Shown here one piece after another: positions 36,876 through 46,997 of a stretch of 53,138 nucleotides of DNA; position 1 is the stretch's first letter; each line of letters starts with the position of its first letter. Under the pieces are notes generated by a model that ran no database searches, was not told where the DNA came from, and saw only the letters and a program-made list of their open reading frames with translations. Origin of the DNA: a virus (taxonomy: Duplodnaviria; Caudoviricetes); the IMG/VR virus record IMGVR_UViG_3300032753_000038, positions 1 through 53,138 of that record. The stretch is one strand, 5' to 3'. The position numbers and the translations under genes were made by a program.

Positions 36876-37754
36876 ATGTCTCGAGGATATCTAATTTTCG
36901 CATATAACAATGAGACTATCGATTATGGTACTATGGCACTGTGTAATAGCTTACTAATTAAGAAACATTGCAAGGAACATGCAGTAGCGCTAGTTACGTC
37001 CGATTGGACTTTAGATTTCCTAAAATCTAAATATAACAAAAGTTTGATAAATTATGCATTTGATGAAATCATCATAAGCGGTTTATATGAACATGATGCA
37101 GATGATAGAAAATATTTCGATACTAGGTATAGTAAGTTTAATGCTAAATATTACAATTCAAATCGATATGGTGCATATCAATTCTCTCCGTTTGATGAGA
37201 CTATATTGCTAGATGCAGACTATCTAATCTTAGACAATAGCTTGGATCTAGTATGGGGAAATGAAGAAGATTTTCTCTGTAATAAACGTGTAATAGATTT
37301 AGATCATAAAAATAACAATGGATTTGATTCTCGTTTTAATGACATGAGTATACCTTTATATTGGGCAACCGCAGTGTACTTCCGCAAAACTGAAAAATCT
37401 AAAGCTATATTTGACCATGTTAGGTTTGTTAAAGACAATTACGACTTTTATAGATATCTATATAATTTTAATTCAAGCGGATTCTTTAGAAATGATTATG
37501 CTATGAGTATAAGCATACATTTGGTAAACAGATTTATGGAATATGATAGTGTCAAACCGTTACCAGTTGACTATATTAGGGTATCAACCGAGTTTGATGA
37601 GATGCATGATTTTGATAATGGTAATCCAATAATAACGACGGAAAAAGAACCGGGCCAGTTTATATTACATCGTGTAATGAATAACGTACACATTATGAAC
37701 AAGCTATCAATCTTAAGAAACAGCGAGAAGATCATAACCTATGCAAGAACCTAA
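36876..37754 (+). CDS. GT-A fold glycosyltransferase-like protein (GT8-like)
   Basis: N-terminal strand RGYLIFA, SPFDETILLDADY (DxD) and RNDYA. The start may be 36864. Confidence 0.65.
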   Translation: MSRGYLIFAYNNETIDYGTMALCNSLLIKKHCKEHAVALVTSDWTLDFLKSKYNKSLINYAFDEIIISGLYEHDADDRKYFDTRYSKFNAKYYNSNRYGAYQFSPFDETILLDADYLILDNSLDLVWGNEEDFLCNKRVIDLDHKNNNGFDSRFNDMSIPLYWATAVYFRKTEKSKAIFDHVRFVKDNYDFYRYLYNFNSSGFFRNDYAMSISIHLVNRFMEYDSVKPLPVDYIRVSTEFDEMHDFDNGNPIITTEKEPGQFILHRVMNNVHIMNKLSILRNSEKIITYART

Positions 37755-38646
37755 ATCTATAACTACTCGACCAAAAGGTTTCTTTACATTTGCGCAGAAT
37801 AGCGGCGAAATTGATTATGTAAGAATGGCATATGCTCTAGCATTGAGTTTAAAAGCTAGTCAAACTATTCCCTATTTGTCTATAGGTATAACACCTGGCA
37901 CTACAGTAAAAGAGGAATATGCGTGGGCTTTCGATAACATTATAGAAATACCATGGGGCGACCATGCCGCAGAAAGCACATGGAAGTTAGAGAATGAATG
38001 GAAATCTATCTATATGAGTCCGTATGATGAGACTATAAAGTTAGATTGCGATATGTTATTTTTCAACGACATTGGACCTTGGTGGGAAATGATGTCGTCT
38101 AAAGATTTTTGTATATGTAACCAAGTAGTTAATTATAGAGCAGAAGCTGCTACTAGTGATTATTATAGGAAGGTTTTTACAGATAACAACTTGCCAGATG
38201 TATATACAGGTTTTATGTATTTTAAGAAGTCTCCCGAAGTTTACGAGCTTTTTAAAATGGTAACATATTTGTATTTCAACTGGGAAGCTATGACGGCTGA
38301 TTCGCTTGACTACAAGCATAGACCTAAAACTCCTAATACAGATGTTGCATTTGCCCTAGCATTAAAGATTCTCGACCTCGATCAAACATGGTACAAGAAG
38401 AATCCGTTCCCAACTTTTACTCATATGAAGACTAAATTGTTCAATTGGGATGATCAAGAGTTAGGAGAAGATTGGAGCAAATATGTTAAGACTTGCTTCA
38501 ATCAAAATTTAGAATGCAAGATAGGAAATTACTTACAATATTTTCCATTACACTACCATTTAAAAGATTTTATTACTGACGAAATGATTGGATACTATGA
38601 ACGAAGAATTAGACCCGACAGAGAAAGCTTGGTTGCAATACGATGA
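37741..38646 (+). CDS. GT-A fold glycosyltransferase-like protein, paralog of the previous gene
   Basis: KGFFTFAQN, SPYDETIKLDCDM (DxD), TDVAFALA, FTHMK and PLHYH. Confidence 0.65.
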   Translation: MQEPKSITTRPKGFFTFAQNSGEIDYVRMAYALALSLKASQTIPYLSIGITPGTTVKEEYAWAFDNIIEIPWGDHAAESTWKLENEWKSIYMSPYDETIKLDCDMLFFNDIGPWWEMMSSKDFCICNQVVNYRAEAATSDYYRKVFTDNNLPDVYTGFMYFKKSPEVYELFKMVTYLYFNWEAMTADSLDYKHRPKTPNTDVAFALALKILDLDQTWYKKNPFPTFTHMKTKLFNWDDQELGEDWSKYVKTCFNQNLECKIGNYLQYFPLHYHLKDFITDEMIGYYERRIRPDRESLVAIR

Positions 38647-39097
38647 CAGTAATGGCGAGCTGATAGAAGTATGTCTTTCTAGAAACGGTAAAGACACGTC
38701 CTCTAACTACATTACAATAGACGCTATTGATGCACTTAAATTTATGACCGGGGCATCAAAGATGGCTGACTATAAAGTTGAAGCTGACCAAGATAACAAT
38801 ATGATTCTTGTTATGAAACAACAGAAATTTTATACAAAACTCTTTTGGAATCTATGCGACGCTTTGTCAGAAAATAGTCCATTAGTTATATTATATAAAG
38901 ATAAACATGGTTTTAGATTTACATTAACTCGTGAAGATCCTAACATAATTCTTTATGTGACATTGAAAAATGACCCCAATTACTTACATAATACAATTAG
39001 TCTTTCAAATATCAAGACTAATGAGGCTGGCGAACATGTAGTTTCTTTTGATTTTGATGAGGATTATAGTATATATGTGAGGTACCATGCTGCATGA
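38597..39097 (+). CDS. Hypothetical protein
   Basis: Open frame overlapping both neighbours. No recognised motif. Confidence 0.6.
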   Translation: MNEELDPTEKAWLQYDDSNGELIEVCLSRNGKDTSSNYITIDAIDALKFMTGASKMADYKVEADQDNNMILVMKQQKFYTKLFWNLCDALSENSPLVILYKDKHGFRFTLTREDPNIILYVTLKNDPNYLHNTISLSNIKTNEAGEHVVSFDFDEDYSIYVRYHAA

Positions 39098-40004
39098 AAT
39101 TAACGAGTTTGATTTTATATTTTTAAGCTATGACGAACCAAATGCCGAAGAACTCTACTCAGATCTATCTAATAAAGTACCTTGGGCTAAACGGGTATCG
39201 GGAGTTAAAGGATTTGATTCGGCACATAGAGCATGTGCCAATGCAAGTGAAACTGATTTCTTCATAACAGTTGACGGCGATAATTTAGTCCACGATGACT
39301 TCTTAAACGTAAAGATAGAGATAGGTGATAGACAGAAAGATCATGCATGGAGTTGGGCCGGTCGTAATCATATAAATGGGCTCGTATACGGCAATGGCGG
39401 ATTAAAGTTATGGAGTAAGGCGTTTGTTATGGGAATGAATAGCCATGAGAACAGCGCTGACGACGGTAACGCTGTAGATTTTTGTTGGAATAATAGATAT
39501 CACGAGCAGTTTGGGTGTTATAGTACCAGCTTTGTAAATGGAAGTCCTTATCAAGCATTCCGTAGCGGGTTTAGAGAAGGAGTGAAGATGAGTCTAGATC
39601 AAGGTCACAAAGTTCCTAATAAAGAATTTAGAGATAGAATCTGGATTCACAACTTACATAAACTGATGATATGGTGCAGTGTTGGCGCTGATGTCGAGAA
39701 TGGAATTTGGTCTATATACGGTGCACGGTTAGGTGCATATAAATGCAATTTGACCAATTGGAATTACGTTGAGATACGAGATTATGATTGGTTTAATTCT
39801 CTCTGGGAAACTGTTAGTTCTTGTGATCCTGTCTCTGAATCTAAATCTCTTGGTGCAGAGTTAAGGCAAGGTATAGGATTAAACATATCTGATCTAGATC
39901 CAATACAAAGCAAGTTTTTTAAATCTGTTTATATCAATCCGCCTAGGGTAGCAATGGTTGGGGACAATCTTAGACATTTTACGGCTGTAAATATTAATGT
40001 TTGA
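39087..40004 (+). CDS. Glycosyltransferase-like protein (SYxEP / DGD family, copy 1)
   Basis: FLSYDEPNA, RVSGVKGFDSAHRACA, TVDGDN, NGLVYGNGGLKLW and AFRSGFREGVK. Confidence 0.6.
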   Translation: MLHEINEFDFIFLSYDEPNAEELYSDLSNKVPWAKRVSGVKGFDSAHRACANASETDFFITVDGDNLVHDDFLNVKIEIGDRQKDHAWSWAGRNHINGLVYGNGGLKLWSKAFVMGMNSHENSADDGNAVDFCWNNRYHEQFGCYSTSFVNGSPYQAFRSGFREGVKMSLDQGHKVPNKEFRDRIWIHNLHKLMIWCSVGADVENGIWSIYGARLGAYKCNLTNWNYVEIRDYDWFNSLWETVSSCDPVSESKSLGAELRQGIGLNISDLDPIQSKFFKSVYINPPRVAMVGDNLRHFTAVNINV

Positions 40005-41460
40005 TCTATTTTATGTGAGTACTAGTAGACAATCAGTCTGTCATAACTTTACTAAAGTTAAGACAAGGTTTAATCATGCTCGCCACCTAATAATAGACGG
40101 CGATATATCTGACATAGTTAATGCTGCTAAGTCGCAATCATTCACTAAGATGTTTTGGATATTGATGGACGGATGGACTCTTTCAGATAATTTTGATATG
40201 TCATGGGCGCCAATTGAATGGGATACTAGATATGTACATTTGTGGCCTTGCACCGGTAGTGAGCCGTTAAAAAGCGGTCTAAGTCTTTGGCCTGCAGATA
40301 TAGATTTAAGTAACTATGATGTCAAATATGTTGATCAAGATGCAGTTAAACCTTTGCCGTATGATTTGTTCTTTATAACTAGAAATGAAAATGATAACAA
40401 ATACTTAGATATTCTAAGATCTAGATGTACCAATACTATAACCAGTATTAGATGCACTGATGACATATTTGATTCTATCAAACAAGCTGCTAATTTATCA
40501 ACTTCTGACATGTATTGGATAATGGTAGATTCTTCTATCTTATCAGATGACTTTGATTTATCGTGGATGCCAGACCTATGGGAAAGGAAATATGTACATG
40601 CATGGCAATGCGAAGGTGGAATGCCTATTGTAGATGGAATCAGTTTGTGGCCTAAGAGCTATAATATTGAGAAATTTGGTAATGAGATAAAGTTTATAGA
40701 TGTAATAGCCGCTGATACAGTTGAATATGACATATTTTTTATATCATATAAAGAACCAAATGCAGATGCTAATTATGAAAAGTTGAGATCTAGATATCCA
40801 AATGCCAAAAGAGTCCATGGTATTAAAGGTATACATAACGCACATAAACAATGTGCCAAATTGAGTTCAACAGCAATGTTTTGGACAGTAGACGGCGATA
40901 CTATTATAGATGATGATTTTAAACTAGATTATAGACCATCAATATGGGAATCAAACTATTTACATCTTTGGTATACAAGGAATCCTGTTAATGATTTAGT
41001 TTATGGATATGGTGGTATTAAGTTATGGCCTAAATGGGCCTTACTGAACTTTGATGGCAATTGGTTAGATTTTACTACCAGCGTTGGTAATATCAAAATT
41101 ATAGACAACGTGGTTGCAACTACTGAATTCAATACAAGTGCATATGATGCGTGGCGGAGTGGTTTCAGAGAATCAGTTAAATTGTGTTCAGATATTTCGC
41201 GCACTGGATCGCAAGAAAATTTTGACAGATTGTTAATTTGGGTAAACAAGGCCAATCGTGTTCCGTTTGCTCAAGATACTGTTCAAGGTGCTAGAGACGG
41301 TCTTGCTTATTTTGTAAAATTCTCTCAGAAACCGCAGTTATTGCAGAGGATTAATGATTTTGAATGGATATACGTTATGTATATGACTGGTAAAGTTTCT
41401 CATCCGCTTGAAATTTCTAGAGATTATATGTCTAAGATGCTAAACTATCAATATGTATGA
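39997..41460 (+). CDS. Glycosyltransferase-like protein with three tandem modules (copy 2)
   Basis: Three repeats beginning (F/Y)D(L/I)F(Y/F). Only the last has ISYKEPNA and TVDGD. Confidence 0.6.
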   Translation: MFDLFYVSTSRQSVCHNFTKVKTRFNHARHLIIDGDISDIVNAAKSQSFTKMFWILMDGWTLSDNFDMSWAPIEWDTRYVHLWPCTGSEPLKSGLSLWPADIDLSNYDVKYVDQDAVKPLPYDLFFITRNENDNKYLDILRSRCTNTITSIRCTDDIFDSIKQAANLSTSDMYWIMVDSSILSDDFDLSWMPDLWERKYVHAWQCEGGMPIVDGISLWPKSYNIEKFGNEIKFIDVIAADTVEYDIFFISYKEPNADANYEKLRSRYPNAKRVHGIKGIHNAHKQCAKLSSTAMFWTVDGDTIIDDDFKLDYRPSIWESNYLHLWYTRNPVNDLVYGYGGIKLWPKWALLNFDGNWLDFTTSVGNIKIIDNVVATTEFNTSAYDAWRSGFRESVKLCSDISRTGSQENFDRLLIWVNKANRVPFAQDTVQGARDGLAYFVKFSQKPQLLQRINDFEWIYVMYMTGKVSHPLEISRDYMSKMLNYQYV

Positions 41461-42154
41461 CATCTTATATATCAGCTACCAAGAACCGCACGCGGAAATC
41501 AATTGGAAGTCATTATTCAATCGGTTCCCTAATAGAGCTAAACGACTGCACGGGATTACCGGTATACATAGAGCACATGCAATAGCAGCTAAAATAGTAT
41601 CTACAGATATGTTTTATGTTGTAGACGGCGATGCCGAAATAATGCTAGATTTTCATTTCAATCACAGCGTACCTGATCATCAGAAAGATCATATACATGT
41701 TTTTAGGGCTAAAAATCCCATAAACGATCTAATATATGGATATGGTGCTGTAAAACTATTACCTACTGAATCAGTAAAGCAACTTGAAAATTTTCAACTG
41801 AAACCAGACATGACTAGCAGTTTGCCTAATGCTAGATATCATGTTGTACACGAATTAAGCAACATCACTAGATTTAATACTGATCCATTTAATACATGGA
41901 GAAGTGCATTTAGAGAATGTGCAAAGCTATCTAGCAAAGTTATTGATGGACAAATAGATAGAGAAACTGCTATGAGATTGAACACATGGTGTTCTGAAGG
42001 ATCTGATAGACCGTTCGGCAAATGGTGCATTAGTGGAGCATTAGCGGGCAGAGCTTATGGTGAAAAATTTTCCAATGACCTAGAATCAATCTTTAAGATC
42101 AACGATTGGCAATGGATGCGCAATCAATTTGAAGAAATAAAAGGTCTTATATGA
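41453..42154 (+). CDS. Glycosyltransferase-like protein (copy 3)
   Basis: ISYQEPHA, RLHGITGIHRAH, VVDGDA, NDLIYGYGAVKL and WRSAFRECAKL. Confidence 0.6.
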   Translation: MYDILYISYQEPHAEINWKSLFNRFPNRAKRLHGITGIHRAHAIAAKIVSTDMFYVVDGDAEIMLDFHFNHSVPDHQKDHIHVFRAKNPINDLIYGYGAVKLLPTESVKQLENFQLKPDMTSSLPNARYHVVHELSNITRFNTDPFNTWRSAFRECAKLSSKVIDGQIDRETAMRLNTWCSEGSDRPFGKWCISGALAGRAYGEKFSNDLESIFKINDWQWMRNQFEEIKGLI

Positions 42155-42906
42155 TAGATAGAGAAATTGTTAGATTGGTATTAGAAGATATGCGCAGCGA
42201 TGGCGTAAATCAGCCAATGATAGATTTATTATATGAGAATTTTAATGACTATACTGATCACCTTTCTATATTAAAGCACATGTATGGATTATATGATAGA
42301 GATCGCGAGCAAGTATCTAGAGATGCATGGACCTATGGACAAATACGTAGTAAGCATTGGTTAATAAAAAAATTAGCAGAGTTAAATTTAGATTTAGGTA
42401 ATGTTTGGATTCTGTGCGGATGGATAGGCAGTCTCAGTTTATTACTTAGACATAGCAATGCTGCTCTTAGATTTGATAAGTTGAGATCATTTGATGTTGA
42501 TCCTAGGTGTGCACCGCTAGCAGATGCATTAAACAGACCCTGGGTAAAAGACAACTTGAAGTTTAAAGCATCGACGATAGATGTTAATCAATTGCATTAT
42601 GACGAATATGATATTCATACATTGAGGAATGACGGTACCGTATGTACTATACACAACGAAACTGCTAATACTATTATTAACACAAGTTGTGATCATTTGG
42701 GCAATGATAATACATGGTGGAATAACATTCCGTTGGGTAAACTAGTAATCCTTCAAAATAATGATTTTCTAACCGTTGAAGAACACAATAACAATGTCAC
42801 AAGTCAAACTGAATTTAAATTTAAGTACCCAATGAGCGAGTTATATTTTTCAGGTGTGTTAGATTGTAAATTATATAATAGATATATGCTTATAGGTCGT
42901 AGGTGA
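42151..42906 (+). CDS. Putative class I SAM-dependent methyltransferase
   Basis: Motif I-like VWILCGWIG, acidic strand-2 end RSFDVD, and IINTSCDH. Confidence 0.55.
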   Translation: MIDREIVRLVLEDMRSDGVNQPMIDLLYENFNDYTDHLSILKHMYGLYDRDREQVSRDAWTYGQIRSKHWLIKKLAELNLDLGNVWILCGWIGSLSLLLRHSNAALRFDKLRSFDVDPRCAPLADALNRPWVKDNLKFKASTIDVNQLHYDEYDIHTLRNDGTVCTIHNETANTIINTSCDHLGNDNTWWNNIPLGKLVILQNNDFLTVEEHNNNVTSQTEFKFKYPMSELYFSGVLDCKLYNRYMLIGRR

Positions 42907-42909
42907 CAA

Positions 42910-43776
42910 ATGCCCAAGTATTTTCTAAAAGATTGCGATATATTTTATATCAGCTTTGACGAACCTAATTGTGATGTCAATTGGGAAAGAGTGAAAAGTA
43001 TTGCACCGACTGCTAAGAGGATACACGGTGTAGTTGGATTTGATAAGGCGCATAGAGTATGTGCAGAGGCCAGCACCACAAATCGATTGGTAATAATAGA
43101 TGGTGATAATTGGCTAAACGATGACGGCTTAGATCAAGAAATAGATGACACAGGAGTTGAAGATGCATGCTTCAGTTTCAAGAGCCAAAATATAATCAAC
43201 GGATTAGAATATGGCAACGGGGGCATTAAAGTTTGGAACAAAGAAATATTGCTCAATAGCAAGACACATGAGAGAGCAAATTCTGTTGATTTCTGTTGGG
43301 ATATTAGATACTATCAAGTTGACTTTATTGCAAGCGCTACGGTGCAAAATTGCACACCTTACCAAGCATGGAGGGCAGGGTATAGGGAAGGTATTAAAAT
43401 GTCGTTTGTTGAAGGAAAGCCTTTAGAAGATTTTACAACACAATGGAATTTAATTTGGAAAGGAAACCTCAGCAGACTTTTTGTATGGGCTACTATTGGA
43501 AGAGATTGCGAAAATGGTATTTGGTCAATATTAGGAGCTAGGCAAGCGTTGAATGATATGTTAACTAAATCAATCAAACACACTTGCATTAATGACTATC
43601 ACTGGATGTCAGATAAGTTTAGATCTATATCTGACAACGATCCAGAAGAATTTGCATTATATTTTAATAATGCTATACGACAACAAGGTATCTTTATTCC
43701 AGAATTTGATAAAGATACAAGTATTTGGTTCAAATCAATATATATGAATCCAAAGAGAGAAGGGTTGATGTGGTAA
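42910..43776 (+). CDS. Glycosyltransferase-like protein (copy 4)
   Basis: ISFDEPN, RIHGVVGFDKAHRVCA, IIDGDN, NGLEYGNGGIKVW and AWRAGYREGIK. Closest to 39087-40004. Confidence 0.6.
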   Translation: MPKYFLKDCDIFYISFDEPNCDVNWERVKSIAPTAKRIHGVVGFDKAHRVCAEASTTNRLVIIDGDNWLNDDGLDQEIDDTGVEDACFSFKSQNIINGLEYGNGGIKVWNKEILLNSKTHERANSVDFCWDIRYYQVDFIASATVQNCTPYQAWRAGYREGIKMSFVEGKPLEDFTTQWNLIWKGNLSRLFVWATIGRDCENGIWSILGARQALNDMLTKSIKHTCINDYHWMSDKFRSISDNDPEEFALYFNNAIRQQGIFIPEFDKDTSIWFKSIYMNPKREGLMW

Positions 43777-44003
43777 TTGATCTATCATCCTTAACAGTTA
43801 GACAATTGCAACAAGAAGCTTCTAGAGTTCTTGCGTCTGGAGATGGATATGGAAATCATGACCTTGTGATGTTCAATAAGGCAGCGCATCATGACAGTCA
43901 CGCGTGGTATCGTGCAGTTATCTCGTGGTATGTAGAAAAATACGGCGATATTCCCAGCAAGATTGGACCCGGTGCTGAAATCAAACTTCTGTTACCAGAT
44001 TAA
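43725..44003 (+). CDS. Small hypothetical protein (true start probably the GTG near 43770)
   Basis: The ORF fills the gap between GT copy 4 and the first radical SAM gene. Confidence 0.5.
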   Translation: MVQINIYESKERRVDVVIDLSSLTVRQLQQEASRVLASGDGYGNHDLVMFNKAAHHDSHAWYRAVISWYVEKYGDIPSKIGPGAEIKLLLPD

Positions 44004-44040
44004 TCTTTGCATAATAGCCAAAACATCTTAAAATCATATC

Positions 44041-45126
44041 ATGATATATGATTATGATTCTATAAGATCTGTCCATCTTGAAATAACCAGCAAATGCAAT
44101 GCATCTTGCCCAATGTGCGCTCGTAATAAATTTGGTGGTCCTGATAACGAGTTTTTACCACAGTCAGAACTGACACTAGATGACATAAAACGTATATTTT
44201 CTGAAAAATTTGTCAAACAACTCAAACGTTTATATATGTGTGGTAATTATGGAGATCCAATCGCTGCTAGTGATACTTTAGAAGTGTTTGAATGGCTGCG
44301 ACAAGTAAATCCCAATATTGATCTAGGATTGCATACCAATGCTAGTGCTCGTAATCCTGCATGGTGGGCTACTCTAGCTAAGAGCTTAAACGGCGAAAGA
44401 GATTATGTTAAGTTTGGTATTGATGGTTTAGAAGATACTAATCACATCTATAGACGAGGGACCAGCTGGCAAAAGATAATGGCCAATGCTGCTGCATACA
44501 TAGACGCTGGAGGCAGCAATCCTCAATGGGAATACATAGTTTTCAAACACAATGAACACCAGGTAGAAGAAGCTCGCATGCTGAGTGAGAGGATGAGGTT
44601 CTCACAATTCCGTACTAAGAAAACAGGAAGATTTTTTAGCAATACAAATCTCAAAGGCAAAGATCAGCAAGAAGTATGGAATCGCAATGGTGAGATAGAA
44701 TATTACATAGAAAAACCATCCGATACTCAATATCAGAATGACAGTTTGTCTAAAGAGCAAGAACTTATTACCAAATGGGGAAGCATGCAGACTTATATTG
44801 ATAATGCTAAGATCTCTTGCAAAGTTGCAGCAGAGAAGAGTTTATATATCTCAGCAGAAGGTCTTGCTTTTCCTTGTTGTTGGACTGCAAATCAATTGTA
44901 TGTATGGTATTGGCCTTACAAACAGTCAGAGATATGGACTTTGATAGATCACAACACCGATAACGTTAATGCATTACAAAAAGGATTAAGTTCTGTTGTA
45001 GAAGGTGAATATTTTCGCAGAATTTATGACAGTTGGTACAAGCCAAGTGTATCTGAAGGTAAATTAAGAGTGTGCTCAAGAATATGCGGCACAGACTTTG
45101 ATCAATTTGCGAGCCAATTCAAATGA
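44041..45126 (+). CDS. Radical SAM enzyme with a C-terminal Twitch/SPASM domain
   Basis: CNASCPMC, GNYGDP and TNAS motifs. C-terminal CKV...ISAEGLAFPCC...CSRIC. Confidence 0.9.
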   Translation: MIYDYDSIRSVHLEITSKCNASCPMCARNKFGGPDNEFLPQSELTLDDIKRIFSEKFVKQLKRLYMCGNYGDPIAASDTLEVFEWLRQVNPNIDLGLHTNASARNPAWWATLAKSLNGERDYVKFGIDGLEDTNHIYRRGTSWQKIMANAAAYIDAGGSNPQWEYIVFKHNEHQVEEARMLSERMRFSQFRTKKTGRFFSNTNLKGKDQQEVWNRNGEIEYYIEKPSDTQYQNDSLSKEQELITKWGSMQTYIDNAKISCKVAAEKSLYISAEGLAFPCCWTANQLYVWYWPYKQSEIWTLIDHNTDNVNALQKGLSSVVEGEYFRRIYDSWYKPSVSEGKLRVCSRICGTDFDQFASQFK

Positions 45127-46523
45127 AAGATTTACCAAGTCCTACATTTTGCGCCTTACCGTGGATACATCTCAGCACTAGACCAGACGGATCTATGAGA
45201 GTATGCTGTACAGCTAATGCTAGCAGCGTTCAAGATCCAGACAGCACCAACAAGACATACGGCGGACAAGTTGGAGTGTTACGTACAGACGACGGTATAC
45301 CAGCCAATCTAAACAATAGCACATTACAAGATGCATGGAACAATGATTACATGCGTAATACACGCAAGATGATGTTGCGCGGTGAAAAACCTCCTAGCTG
45401 TATTAAATGCTATAAAGAAGAAGAAGCGGGTGTACAAAGCAAGAGAAGTTGGGAAACTCGCTACTGGGTTAGTGAATTAGGTTTAGAAGATATCATAGGC
45501 GATACACAAGAAGATGGTTCTGTCAGTCCACAAATACGCTATCTAGATCTTAGGATGGGTAGTAAATGCCAACTGGCATGTGTAATGTGTAGTCCACATG
45601 ATAGCAGCGGATGGGTCAAAGAATGGAATCAAATTTATCCTCAGATACAAAATCCCAGATTGAAGCACAGTAGCAGTTGGGACAACAGAGGTAAAGTACA
45701 CGGTGCCAATTACAATTGGCACAAGAATAATCCTCAGTTTTGGGAACAGCTATACGATCAAATTCCCAATATGAAACAGCTTTACTTTGCAGGCGGCGAA
45801 AGCACTATAATTGAAGAGCATTACGATCTATTGGAAGAAGTAGTTCGCCGTGGGTATGCTAGCAAGATAGAACTGCGTTATAACAGTAATGCAGTAGAAC
45901 TTCCTGATAAGTTATTTGAGCTTTGGGATCAATTTAGACAGGTCAAATTTCACTTCAGTATGGATAGTTACGGTGCTAAAAACGATTACATACGTTATCC
46001 TAGCAATTGGGACGACCTAGTTAAGAACATGCATAGGCTAGATGCAACGGGTCCAAATGTAATAGTTACTACTGCAGTGACAGTAATGGCACTGAACATA
46101 TTGTATGTACCAGATCTAATCAAATGGAAGTTGTCTCAAAATTTCAAGAAGTTTAACACTTGGCCAAATGGCGCAGGTATGATCAATTGGCATTTTGCAT
46201 ATTGGCCACCGCAACTAAATGTCAAGGTATTGCCGGTACACGTCAAAGCTGCTGTGAAAGACAAGTTTGAAGAATTTTATTCTTGGTTAGAGTCTAACTG
46301 GCAACTTGCAACAGGTGTAGATGGTATTTCCGTAAGCAAAGATGAATTTATGAGAAATGATTACGGTATCAAAAGATTGAAGAGCATGATCAGCTTTATG
46401 GAAAAGGAAGACTGGAGCGAGAGATTGCCAGAGATGCTAGAATGGGTTAGCTTGCTAGATAAGATTAGAAATCAAAGTTTTAGTAATACTTTCCCAGAAT
46501 TATCAAAATTATTAGGAGTATAA
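45123..46523 (+). CDS. Radical SAM enzyme with an N-terminal Twitch/SPASM-like domain
   Basis: N-terminal CALPW...PDGSMRVCC...CIKC, then CQLACVMC, FAGGES and YNSN. Confidence 0.9.
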   Translation: MKDLPSPTFCALPWIHLSTRPDGSMRVCCTANASSVQDPDSTNKTYGGQVGVLRTDDGIPANLNNSTLQDAWNNDYMRNTRKMMLRGEKPPSCIKCYKEEEAGVQSKRSWETRYWVSELGLEDIIGDTQEDGSVSPQIRYLDLRMGSKCQLACVMCSPHDSSGWVKEWNQIYPQIQNPRLKHSSSWDNRGKVHGANYNWHKNNPQFWEQLYDQIPNMKQLYFAGGESTIIEEHYDLLEEVVRRGYASKIELRYNSNAVELPDKLFELWDQFRQVKFHFSMDSYGAKNDYIRYPSNWDDLVKNMHRLDATGPNVIVTTAVTVMALNILYVPDLIKWKLSQNFKKFNTWPNGAGMINWHFAYWPPQLNVKVLPVHVKAAVKDKFEEFYSWLESNWQLATGVDGISVSKDEFMRNDYGIKRLKSMISFMEKEDWSERLPEMLEWVSLLDKIRNQSFSNTFPELSKLLGV

Positions 46524-46588
46524 ACATAATGGATTGGGGTACATTTGGTGTGATAAATAATCATGTAGAGTCACAGAGGGTTGTTGTC

Positions 46589-46966
46589 ATGGCAACGAAA
46601 AATAACGCAGATAGCGTCTGGGACGAGATATTTGATAGCTTGATTCTCACCGCCGAACCTCCGCAAAAATATATCAAAAAGGTAACAATCACTACCGGAA
46701 GTGGTGATGTAATCAGTATGAGCGCACAGGATTTCTCAGCCTTGCTAGAATACGAACGTCATCTACCTCCAGGTGTTAGCGATATACAGAGCGCACGCAT
46801 GAGCTTGGATTTTAATAAAATCAAGCGAGATGTAGACAAATGGGCAGATGACATTCTTGGCGGATTTGATCTTAATGGCAAACCTGGATTGCCAAAGTTT
46901 CCAAAACCAAAAGCAGCTAATCCAAAACGCAAAGCACCTCCTAAAAAGAATAAGCCAACAACTTGA
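46589..46966 (+). CDS. Hypothetical protein with a Lys/Pro-rich tail
   Basis: ATG at 46589 after AGAGGG. Late-promoter-like GATAAATA at 46552-46559. Confidence 0.6.
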   Translation: MATKNNADSVWDEIFDSLILTAEPPQKYIKKVTITTGSGDVISMSAQDFSALLEYERHLPPGVSDIQSARMSLDFNKIKRDVDKWADDILGGFDLNGKPGLPKFPKPKAANPKRKAPPKKNKPTT

Positions 46967-46997
46967 TGATGTAGGTGTGATGTTGTAAAATGAGTGC

